Of a DNA stretch of 27,832 nt, positions 9,071-16,730 are shown piece after piece (the stretch's first letter is position 1; every line of letters begins with the position of its first letter). This DNA comes from a virus. Its lineage: Duplodnaviria; Caudoviricetes. The notes below the pieces were generated by a model. The model was not told where the DNA came from. It saw only the letters and a program-made list of their open reading frames with translations, and made no database searches. Where the stretch lies: the IMG/VR virus record IMGVR_UViG_3300044300_000577, positions 1-27,832 of that record; one strand, written 5' to 3'. Both the position numbers and the translations under genes were made by a program.

Positions 9071-9237
9071 TATGCGTCTAAGAAAAAAGTCTTAGCCTCT
9101 ATTTCTTGTTTAACTTCATCTTGAAATGAAGAGTTTAATTTTGTTATTACACCATCAAGATCTCTAACTAATGATTGTAGATTTTGTCTGCTGTATTCTT
9201 CTTCAGCTCTTGTTAATGATTGTACTATCTTTGCCAT
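9070..9237 (-). CDS. Small helical protein (55 aa) not in the ORF track: MAKIVQSLTRAEEEYSRQNLQSLVRDLDGVITKLNSSFQDEVKQEIEAKTFFLDA
   Basis: Hand-translated. TAATG overlaps at both ends (9237 and 9070) and the ORF fills the gap exactly. The heptad pattern suggests a coiled coil. Confidence 0.85.
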   Translation of the reverse strand: MAKIVQSLTRAEEEYSRQNLQSLVRDLDGVITKLNSSFQDEVKQEIEAKTFFLDA

Positions 9238-10235
9238 TATAAAATACTTAGTAGTCCCCCATATCTTAAACCTACTCTTCCGCCGTGTGCCAATCTATCT
9301 TTTGCTCTCTCATAAGTTGCTTTTTGAGATTTATCATAAGCTTCTACAGAGCCGTGACCTCCCCAAGAGCCCGGGCCATCACCACTGGGTTTATTATCTT
9401 GGATTGTTGTACCTGTAGTTGTGGTTGTAACATCTTTATTTTTAGGATTTTGAGGAGAGTTTTCCCAAGCTGTTATTTCGTCTAGTGTTTTTTGATAATT
9501 TTTCCAACTAATTTTTTTACCTTTATCAATTCTATTTTCAAACCAATCTTTCTTTTTACCTAACGCTACATCATAATCATTTGATCCAAACATAGAAATT
9601 ACATTTTTACCTGATAACACACTATCAGGTCCATATTTATGGAGTCCAGTATTTGGATCTATACCAATCATATTGTCTTGCATTTCTAAATAATTTAATT
9701 GATCAACAAAGTTTGGATTATAATTTCTAGATTCAATATTAAAAGGACTTAATGACCATGAAGCCATAGCAGCTGGTAAAGGTATTTGTGGTTGCTTAGA
9801 TAATCTTTCTCCAAGTGTGCCTCTTACTTTTGGCGTGCTTTTAAACACACCTTTTGCCATGTCCCATATCTTTGCTAACCCTTGTTTAGGTTCGTAAATT
9901 TTTGGATGCATGCCAATAGTTTCGTTAATAATTTTATTTGGATATTCAACACCGGACCCATAATCATCTGCGTACTCAATACCCTCCATTTTTATTGACT
10001 CGTCAACAGGAACTTCTGCAACAGCTCGAGGATTATAGGTTAAATCTAGTCCTCTTTCTCCGCCACCTCCACCAGAATTAGTAAAAGCCTCGGTATAAGG
10101 TATTCCATAAGATGTTGTTTCTTCTACTTCCTCTACTGCAGGAGGTGTATAGTTTAAAAGAAATCGATTTAAAGGTAAAAATTTATTGCCTGCATCATAT
10201 CTTTCCTTATCAACGCCTGTATAAAAAGTAGACAT
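9237..10235 (-). CDS. Hypothetical protein, probably internal virion cargo (332 aa), ending in a double GG motif
   Basis: C-terminus is RLAHGGRVGLRYGGLLSIL; TAATG-coupled to the nozzle gene. Confidence 0.6.
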   Translation of the reverse strand: MSTFYTGVDKERYDAGNKFLPLNRFLLNYTPPAVEEVEETTSYGIPYTEAFTNSGGGGGERGLDLTYNPRAVAEVPVDESIKMEGIEYADDYGSGVEYPNKIINETIGMHPKIYEPKQGLAKIWDMAKGVFKSTPKVRGTLGERLSKQPQIPLPAAMASWSLSPFNIESRNYNPNFVDQLNYLEMQDNMIGIDPNTGLHKYGPDSVLSGKNVISMFGSNDYDVALGKKKDWFENRIDKGKKISWKNYQKTLDEITAWENSPQNPKNKDVTTTTTGTTIQDNKPSGDGPGSWGGHGSVEAYDKSQKATYERAKDRLAHGGRVGLRYGGLLSIL

Positions 10236-12421
10236 TATCTTCTTCCTCCTGGATGTATATCTAATCTAAACGTACCTAGTTTCCAATCTTCATTGCTACT
10301 TGTGTTTGCAACTTTAAGCGCAATAGATCTTGCTCTTAATCTTGTATCTTTTTTAGTAGTAGTTGAATCAACACTAAAGTTTGTAGTAGTACCCGTGCTG
10401 TTTGGATAATTTCTAGTTGTAAAACTAATTTGAGTGTTGCCCGTTTGTGAAATAAAATCTGGTATAAACCTACTAATTCTCATTATAAATTCTCCGTCTC
10501 CTCTAAGGTCGGGCATCCCTACAATCTGTCCACCACCTCTAGCTGATTTTTGAGTAATGTCAAAATCACCAGAAGTAATAGTTCCAATTACTGCTGTAAC
10601 GGCTCCACCAGCATTAATTTGATCGGTCCCTGTTTCCTGTTTATAGTATATAGTACTTCCGTCTGTATTACCAGTTACATCGAACGAAGCGTCGTCTGAA
10701 GGATTATAATAAGTAGCATGTGGTTTAGCAAAAACAGCTGAATCTTGCCACGCTGCTCTAGGTAAAGTACCTGTTGTCCATATAGGTCTTTTAATTGTAG
10801 AGTCTAAATAGTTATAAGTAACTACTCTATTAATTGCATCCGAAGCAGCAGTACAATAAAACCAACTTATTTCTCCAAACAAATTATTTAATCCACAGTT
10901 CACAAGATCTCTAGAAGTAGAGTTTAGATCATCATAAACATGGTCTTCTACTAGACAAGGTAAAGATTTTAATTGACCATCATAAGCAAAGAAACCATTT
11001 TCAGACATCCAATAAGCTGTACCGTCAACCTCCATACATGCATTTTTTCCTAACAATCCACAGTTAGTACCAACTTGTTCAAATGAGAAAGTAAAGGGTT
11101 GACCAACAAATTTCATTAGAAACAAAGCTGTATCTGTCCATACATAGATTGCATCCCTACCTTTAATAGCTCCCATAATCATAGAACCATCAGCAAGCCT
11201 CTGTGTGCCTGCTGTGTTGTTTGCTTTAACTGTATAAGAATCTGATTGATCAATACTCTCTTGAGAAGAAAATCTTAAAAACATATCGTCTTGAGTTGTA
11301 GTTGTTCCAATTGTAGTTTCTGTTCCAAAAAATACTAAGTGTCTATCGGGTGTAGATACTAATACATGACGTGATGCTGTAGGTGCATTTGATAATACTG
11401 TAGCTCTAGTAGAAACAGCTGCGGGTCCTGCTGCATCCCATTCAAAACATTTACCGTTATAAATAAGGGCAATTAATTTTGTTCCATAGTTGTCTAATAC
11501 CCATAAACCTGGATCAATAGTAAAGTCAGCAGAAGATGCTTCACCCCAGGCAACATAATCAGATATGTTTGTTACTGTATCTCCTCCACTATGTGATGCT
11601 TTGGTTGTACCATTGACTTCTCTGGCACCACCACTTAAAATATTTGTAGAAGTATTATTGGCTGCAAAACTTATGTCTTCTGAACCAATTCTTATTTCTC
11701 CTGAAGATGGAAAAGCTGAGGAGTTAGTTAAAGGAATATCAGTTACAGCGTCATTAATACCAGAAGCTAGTGTTGTAGTTGCTGGACCCAAAGCTGTACC
11801 ACCAAACAATCCTGTACCCCAACCATAACCACCTAATTGTTGGGAAGGTCCTACAGTATAATAACATAATACAGAAGTACTATTACCATCACTTGTAGTT
11901 AAAGGTGTTCCTGATTCTTGAGTATCCATCGTGATTGTAAAAGTATCTGTAGTAGGAACAGAAGTTACCATAAACTTTTGGTCTTCAAAAGTAGCATTAC
12001 TATAAGTTGATCCAGCAGGTACTCCTGTTACACTATCAAACATAACGATATCATTGTCAGCTAGACCATGAGATCCGGTACATGTTACTGTAACACTTGT
12101 TGATGAAGATGTACTTGAAAATTTTGCGCCGGTTAAAGTAGTTCTAATTGGATGGATGTCATAAAAAACCCCACCTGAATAAACATATAAAATTCTATTG
12201 GTTCCTACGGCAGCGTATTTAATACCAGCGTTGTCGTCCCAATGATGAATTGCTCTAGCTGCACCTGTTAGTTTATCATCACCTAGCTGAGTCCAACCAC
12301 CTATTTTTTCTGGGGTACCGTATCTAAATCTAACATTGTCACCATCAAACCATTGGCCTTCAGCCCCGGTCTCTGTAACCTGTTTGTTGAATCCTGGTAA
12401 AAAACCTAATTTTTGTAGCAT
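10235..12421 (-). CDS. Tail nozzle / head-closure (P22 gp10 / T7 gp12-like) beta-propeller protein with inserted beta-domains, 728 aa
   Basis: Size and position fit. Propeller-like segments include AIYVWTDTALFLMKFVG and GTAYWMSENGFFAYDG; the C-terminus is RARSIALKV...WKLGTFRLDIHPGGRR. Confidence 0.7.
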   Translation of the reverse strand: MLQKLGFLPGFNKQVTETGAEGQWFDGDNVRFRYGTPEKIGGWTQLGDDKLTGAARAIHHWDDNAGIKYAAVGTNRILYVYSGGVFYDIHPIRTTLTGAKFSSTSSSTSVTVTCTGSHGLADNDIVMFDSVTGVPAGSTYSNATFEDQKFMVTSVPTTDTFTITMDTQESGTPLTTSDGNSTSVLCYYTVGPSQQLGGYGWGTGLFGGTALGPATTTLASGINDAVTDIPLTNSSAFPSSGEIRIGSEDISFAANNTSTNILSGGAREVNGTTKASHSGGDTVTNISDYVAWGEASSADFTIDPGLWVLDNYGTKLIALIYNGKCFEWDAAGPAAVSTRATVLSNAPTASRHVLVSTPDRHLVFFGTETTIGTTTTQDDMFLRFSSQESIDQSDSYTVKANNTAGTQRLADGSMIMGAIKGRDAIYVWTDTALFLMKFVGQPFTFSFEQVGTNCGLLGKNACMEVDGTAYWMSENGFFAYDGQLKSLPCLVEDHVYDDLNSTSRDLVNCGLNNLFGEISWFYCTAASDAINRVVTYNYLDSTIKRPIWTTGTLPRAAWQDSAVFAKPHATYYNPSDDASFDVTGNTDGSTIYYKQETGTDQINAGGAVTAVIGTITSGDFDITQKSARGGGQIVGMPDLRGDGEFIMRISRFIPDFISQTGNTQISFTTRNYPNSTGTTTNFSVDSTTTKKDTRLRARSIALKVANTSSNEDWKLGTFRLDIHPGGRR

Positions 12422-12432
12422 ATAACTCCATA

Positions 12433-13080
12433 TTATGTATTCCTTATTGGAGGAACACCTAACATCGGCCTTTTGTCGAACCTATTTTTTTCAGCAAAAG
12501 GACCATTTACATGGTTATAGTGAAGAAATACTTGTCCGCAAGTATTACCTTCAAACGGTTCTCTCCAATGCTCTAATTCACATCCACTATATACCAGCAT
12601 ATCGCCAACATCAAGTAGGACTTTAGTGCCTTTGGGAGCGTTAGGTTTATGTATATTTTTGTATTCATCTATTACAGAATCAGCTCCTGTGCCATCTATA
12701 AATATAGGCCAAGGATCTCCACCCAGATTAATCGTGGTAGATATTTCACAGCTAGGTCTGTCTTTATGTCTTTTTAATTCGTCCCCATACTTATATAACC
12801 TAGCATATGAATAAGTTGGAATTAAATTTAGGCCTGTTTCTTGCTGCATTATTGGTAATACTTTCACTAAAAGGGTCTCCATTACAGGATCTGCATAATG
12901 AGAATAAGTGTTTGGAATCTGTGCGTCTTCCCATGTGCCTAACATCCCTGTGTCGTACGTAATATTATTATCATACATCCATTTAACCGCATCTCGTTTA
13001 AGAAGAAAATAGTTAAACACAAAGTTAGCTAGTTCATAGCTAATTGATTTTTTAATTACTTGATATTTATTGAAAACCAT
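12433..13080 (-). CDS. 2OG-Fe(II) oxygenase superfamily protein (215 aa)
   Basis: YARLY...LKRHKDRPSCEIS gives the HxD motif; GDMLVYSGCELEHWRE gives the distal His. Confidence 0.8.
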   Translation of the reverse strand: MVFNKYQVIKKSISYELANFVFNYFLLKRDAVKWMYDNNITYDTGMLGTWEDAQIPNTYSHYADPVMETLLVKVLPIMQQETGLNLIPTYSYARLYKYGDELKRHKDRPSCEISTTINLGGDPWPIFIDGTGADSVIDEYKNIHKPNAPKGTKVLLDVGDMLVYSGCELEHWREPFEGNTCGQVFLHYNHVNGPFAEKNRFDKRPMLGVPPIRNT

Positions 13081-13648
13081 CTTGTAAAAAATTAAAACTT
13101 ACTGATATTCTTATATCGTCTGATTCATTGGGTTGAACATTATGCCATAACCACGCAGGAAACACTAATGCTCTATTTTCTTGAGGTTGTAAATGAACTT
13201 CTCTCCATAAATGTTTGGGAGGTTCTCCTTTTTGTCGAGAAGGCATGCATGTTTGAATACCTGGTCTTGGATCATTACATATTAAATTTCCGCACTTAGG
13301 TGGAGTTTTTACATAATATACCCCACTAAATACAGAATTAGGATGAACGTGAGGTTTATTGTATCCACCTTTATAATTTATGTTAGCCCACATATTTCCA
13401 AGCACCGGTTGTTTATCTAAAAATTCTTCGTTAAAAACTTGATGTACCATTTTAAATAATTCATCAACTAAAGGTTTGTACTCAGGTTTTTTATGCATAT
13501 CCGTTTCACTATGCCACCCATTTACATTTGTTTTTTTAACTCCAGGATCTTGCTTAGACCAATTAATTATGTTTTGAGCTAGCTCGTTAGTGTCTAGTTT
13601 AAAATCTTCAGCGTATATAAGGGTTGGAAAAAATCCTTCTTTAATCAT
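13067..13648 (-). CDS. Putative 2OG-Fe(II) oxygenase, TIGR02466 / 2OG-FeII_Oxy_5-like (193 aa)
   Basis: MWANIN...PHVHPNSVFSGVYYV...VFPAWLWHNVQPN...RISVSFN. Confidence 0.85.
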   Translation of the reverse strand: MIKEGFFPTLIYAEDFKLDTNELAQNIINWSKQDPGVKKTNVNGWHSETDMHKKPEYKPLVDELFKMVHQVFNEEFLDKQPVLGNMWANINYKGGYNKPHVHPNSVFSGVYYVKTPPKCGNLICNDPRPGIQTCMPSRQKGEPPKHLWREVHLQPQENRALVFPAWLWHNVQPNESDDIRISVSFNFLQDGFQ

Positions 13649-14244
13649 CTAAATGGTTTACCTCCAAACCAAACAACAAGAGACTGTCTCATACCTCGTT
13701 TTACTGGGTTAACTCTATGGTTTAAAAATGATGCAAAACAAATTGCATGTCCTTGTTTAAGTTCTGCAAATTTACCAGGAGCCATTAATTCTAAATCTCC
13801 ACCTTCAAACTCTGATGGATCATTCAATAATAATGTCATTGATATTTTTCTAACCGGTGGTTCGTGTTGCATATGAGTATCACAGTCCATATGCCAATCA
13901 TAAAACCCTCCTTCAGGATATTCTGTAAATTGTGCGTTTTCTGTAACTTGTATGTCTCCAAATCCAAAATGATTTTCATTTGCTTTTTGTATAAAATTAT
14001 TAAGGTCTACATACATGTGCCCCATTTCTTTAAATGGTATCCAAGATATTGTAGTTACTCTTTTCTTTGTATCTGTGCCGCCTCCAGGTTTACCCATACC
14101 CACTTGTGCTTGTTGTGGTGGTTGTCTTCTGCCACATTCAATAATCTGTCGACATTGATCTGGTGTAAACAATGGTGTAGTTGTTTGTATTATCCAACTC
14201 TTCCATTTAGGTTCTGTGATGTGTTTATTTTCGTACATTTTCAA
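13645..14244 (-). CDS. PKHD-type / prolyl-4-hydroxylase-like 2OG-Fe(II) oxygenase (about 197-199 aa; start may be 14238)
   Basis: FYDWHMD (HxD), RKISMTLLLND.SEFEGGDL, FASFLNHRVNPVKRGMRQSLVVW. Confidence 0.85.
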   Translation of the reverse strand: MKMYENKHITEPKWKSWIIQTTTPLFTPDQCRQIIECGRRQPPQQAQVGMGKPGGGTDTKKRVTTISWIPFKEMGHMYVDLNNFIQKANENHFGFGDIQVTENAQFTEYPEGGFYDWHMDCDTHMQHEPPVRKISMTLLLNDPSEFEGGDLELMAPGKFAELKQGHAICFASFLNHRVNPVKRGMRQSLVVWFGGKPFR

Positions 14245-14587
14245 TTACCTTATCATACATTGATTTAATAAATTCTGGTCTTTTTACAGGATGATTTTCC
14301 CAACAAAAAACATTTAAGTATTGAAAAAATTTTGTTTCCTCTCCATTCTTTCCGACATAACATAAAGTAGATTCATATTTGTTTTTAAAATATTCATGTC
14401 TATGAGCACCACTTCTAATATGTACACCATCAGAATCTAAAACAATAGGACACAGTAATCCGTTTTTTTCAAAATCTAAATTTATTTTTTTTACAAATTT
14501 ATCTACTGTTGGAAAATGAGTTTTCATATCTTTAAATTTTACTTCTTTTAATTTGTTTTTATATATTTGATAATAAGGTTCTAACAT
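14225..14587 (-). CDS. ParB/sulfiredoxin N-terminal-like small protein (120 aa)
   Basis: FEKNGLLCPIVL...IRSGAHR resembles the ParB/Srx GLxxPIxV...DGxHR motif. The ATG at 14587 overlaps the upstream TGA (TGATG). Confidence 0.55.
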   Translation of the reverse strand: MLEPYYQIYKNKLKEVKFKDMKTHFPTVDKFVKKINLDFEKNGLLCPIVLDSDGVHIRSGAHRHEYFKNKYESTLCYVGKNGEETKFFQYLNVFCWENHPVKRPEFIKSMYDKVIENVRK

Positions 14588-15243
14588 CAACTTACTCCTC
14601 TATTTTTAATTGGGTCATATTGTACATCCATATTTGCAGCTAGTGTTCTTCTATAACCTTCTCCATTAAAAGGATATACACAATGTCTCATGTCATAAGG
14701 AAAAACAAAAAAATCTCTTTCTTTAATTTCTGGTTGATAATCAATATTAGAAAACATACCACTAGAGGAACCCAGTATTTGTAGTCTGCCATTTTGTGGT
14801 TGATCAGCTGCAGAATATTCTACACCAAAACTTTGTGGTAATTTTAAAATCATTACACTAGATAGACCTGTAAACAATGTTCCTTGATGCACGTGCACTG
14901 GATTGTATTCATGTTCAAACATAGTATTAACCCAAACAGAATTAAAATGTAGATTATATTCTTTAACTCTATTCCAATCTAAATAATGTCTAAACTTTAA
15001 TTCAAACCATTGCAATACATCTTGTGGTAGATGATTATGTCTAGTCATTTTATTGTTATCTTCTCCATTAAAAAATAAACTATGTTCTTTTTCAATTTTA
15101 CCAACTAATTGCTTATTAGCACGAAGAAGCTCTGGATATTTTTTTTCATAAATATTATTAATAATATTATATACATCAAGTGGCACTTCATATCGTAATA
15201 CCGATTGACCTAAAAATACAAATTTAAAATCTGGTGTGTCCAT
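14587..15243 (-). CDS. Putative 2OG-Fe(II) oxygenase (HxH type), 218 aa
   Basis: SVWVN...YNPVHVHQG...LSSVMILK...FFVFPYDMRHCVYPF...RRTLAAN. Confidence 0.8.
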   Translation of the reverse strand: MDTPDFKFVFLGQSVLRYEVPLDVYNIINNIYEKKYPELLRANKQLVGKIEKEHSLFFNGEDNNKMTRHNHLPQDVLQWFELKFRHYLDWNRVKEYNLHFNSVWVNTMFEHEYNPVHVHQGTLFTGLSSVMILKLPQSFGVEYSAADQPQNGRLQILGSSSGMFSNIDYQPEIKERDFFVFPYDMRHCVYPFNGEGYRRTLAANMDVQYDPIKNRGVS

Positions 15244-16027
15244 ATTTATCTTTTATACTTTGAGGTATTTTTTCTATGTAAGGGTTGTATTTTTTTTCAA
15301 TCTTTCTTGTATGTATTTTATGCATATTCTTTCCTACGATCGTGTCGTCATATTCTATACCATTGATATTAATATCTTTCAAGTTTTCAAAATAATGTGG
15401 GTAGTATGGTTCTTCTAAAAATTTATATATTTTTTGTAACTCTTCTTTAGGATGTTTCATAAGATCATCATACTTTACAAAGTGACAAATTTCTGGATAT
15501 TTATATGCATTTTGAATAGCGTTTAATTCTTTAGCAACAGCTCCATCTTTATTCATTATCATCATTAATTTTTCTTCATCATTTTTTAGATTATATCTAT
15601 TAGGAAATGCATCGGGATTTTCTGTATACCATTTCATATAACTCGCTAATACATCTATTAAATCTCTAAGTAAAACAATACATTTAAACGGACGTTTATA
15701 ATGTACTTTCATTAATTCAAAGTTACCTGGATTGCCTGTAACCATTACAGGTCCACGATCAATGATGATTCGTTGAGGCCAGTCTTTATAATAAAGATCA
15801 TAAACAGAATCAAATATGTTATTAAAAGATTTATGATCAGGAAAATTTTGAAACACATCTGTCTCTTTTAATAAATATAGATCTTTCATTATCTCTAAAG
15901 TAATAGAGTTAGCAGTGCAAACTATCTCAGGATTTTGATTTATTATAGATGCAAACAAGGTGTTTCCTGACCTTGGCATTCCGATTAAAAAGAAAAGTTT
16001 TTTATTTTTCTTTTGCTCCGAGATCAT
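15224..16027 (-). CDS. Sulfotransferase-family protein (Sulfotransfer_3-like), 267 aa
   Basis: 5'-PSB loop FFLIGMPRSGNTL, 3'-PB motif VLLRDLIDVLASY, and FVKYDDLMKHP...IYKFLE. Confidence 0.8.
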   Translation of the reverse strand: MISEQKKNKKLFFLIGMPRSGNTLFASIINQNPEIVCTANSITLEIMKDLYLLKETDVFQNFPDHKSFNNIFDSVYDLYYKDWPQRIIIDRGPVMVTGNPGNFELMKVHYKRPFKCIVLLRDLIDVLASYMKWYTENPDAFPNRYNLKNDEEKLMMIMNKDGAVAKELNAIQNAYKYPEICHFVKYDDLMKHPKEELQKIYKFLEEPYYPHYFENLKDININGIEYDDTIVGKNMHKIHTRKIEKKYNPYIEKIPQSIKDKYGHTRF

Positions 16028-16682
16028 TAGATATCTGTTCTTTCTTGTTATAAATCATTTCGCCTGATTTCTTAACTCTTTCTATAGTTTTTAATTGGCC
16101 TAACACATTAAACACTTCTGGTTGTGATGAGCCGGATGTTAATGTTTCTGCTTTATTTTTCATAATGTGATGGTAGGATTCTAATTGATGTGTGTTAACA
16201 TCTTTAGTATCAAACGAACCATCATTAAATTCTTTTTTTAATGTAGACCAGAGTTTAATTTCTCTCATTCTATCACGAGCCACTAATTGCATGTTAGCTA
16301 AACCATATCTGGCTTCATCAAGATCTATCTTATATTTTTCTAATTTGTATTCGTCTGTTTCTTTTTCTATTTTTTTCTCTAACCATTTAATTTTAGCTTC
16401 ATTACGTCTACAATCAAATGATAAACTCATTAAATTTTCTAAAAAAACGTTTTGTTCTCTAACACACTGCCAATATTTTGCAGCTTTAGTTGGATACTTC
16501 ATGTCCTGTAAAACAGACATCCTCATTTCTGTTTCAGTTCTAAAGACTTGTTTCTTGGTCCAAGTGTCTCTAAGCTCGGCTGTCATAGCCTTAAACTCTT
16601 TTACATCATTTGGATCTAATAAATTGTTTAAGCTTGGTGCTTCTTTTTCTATTAATGCATGTATGTTACGTTTTTCTGTCAT
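16002..16682 (-). CDS. Hypothetical coiled-coil protein associated with the propeller cluster (226 aa)
   Basis: AAAGGAG RBS; YPTKAAKYWQCVREQ followed by charged heptad helices. Confidence 0.7.
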   Translation of the reverse strand: MTEKRNIHALIEKEAPSLNNLLDPNDVKEFKAMTAELRDTWTKKQVFRTETEMRMSVLQDMKYPTKAAKYWQCVREQNVFLENLMSLSFDCRRNEAKIKWLEKKIEKETDEYKLEKYKIDLDEARYGLANMQLVARDRMREIKLWSTLKKEFNDGSFDTKDVNTHQLESYHHIMKNKAETLTSGSSQPEVFNVLGQLKTIERVKKSGEMIYNKKEQISNDLGAKEK

Positions 16683-16702
16683 ATTGCTCCTTTATACTTT
16701 CT

Positions 16703-16730
16703 AATATAACTATTTTTAACTAGTTGTCAA
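16703..16730 (-). promoter_or_regulatory. Candidate sigma70-type promoter overlapping the 3' end of the propeller gene
   Basis: Perfect TTGACA (16730-16725), 16-nt spacer, TATATT (16708-16703), then the AAAGGAG RBS and ATG at 16682. Confidence 0.55.
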
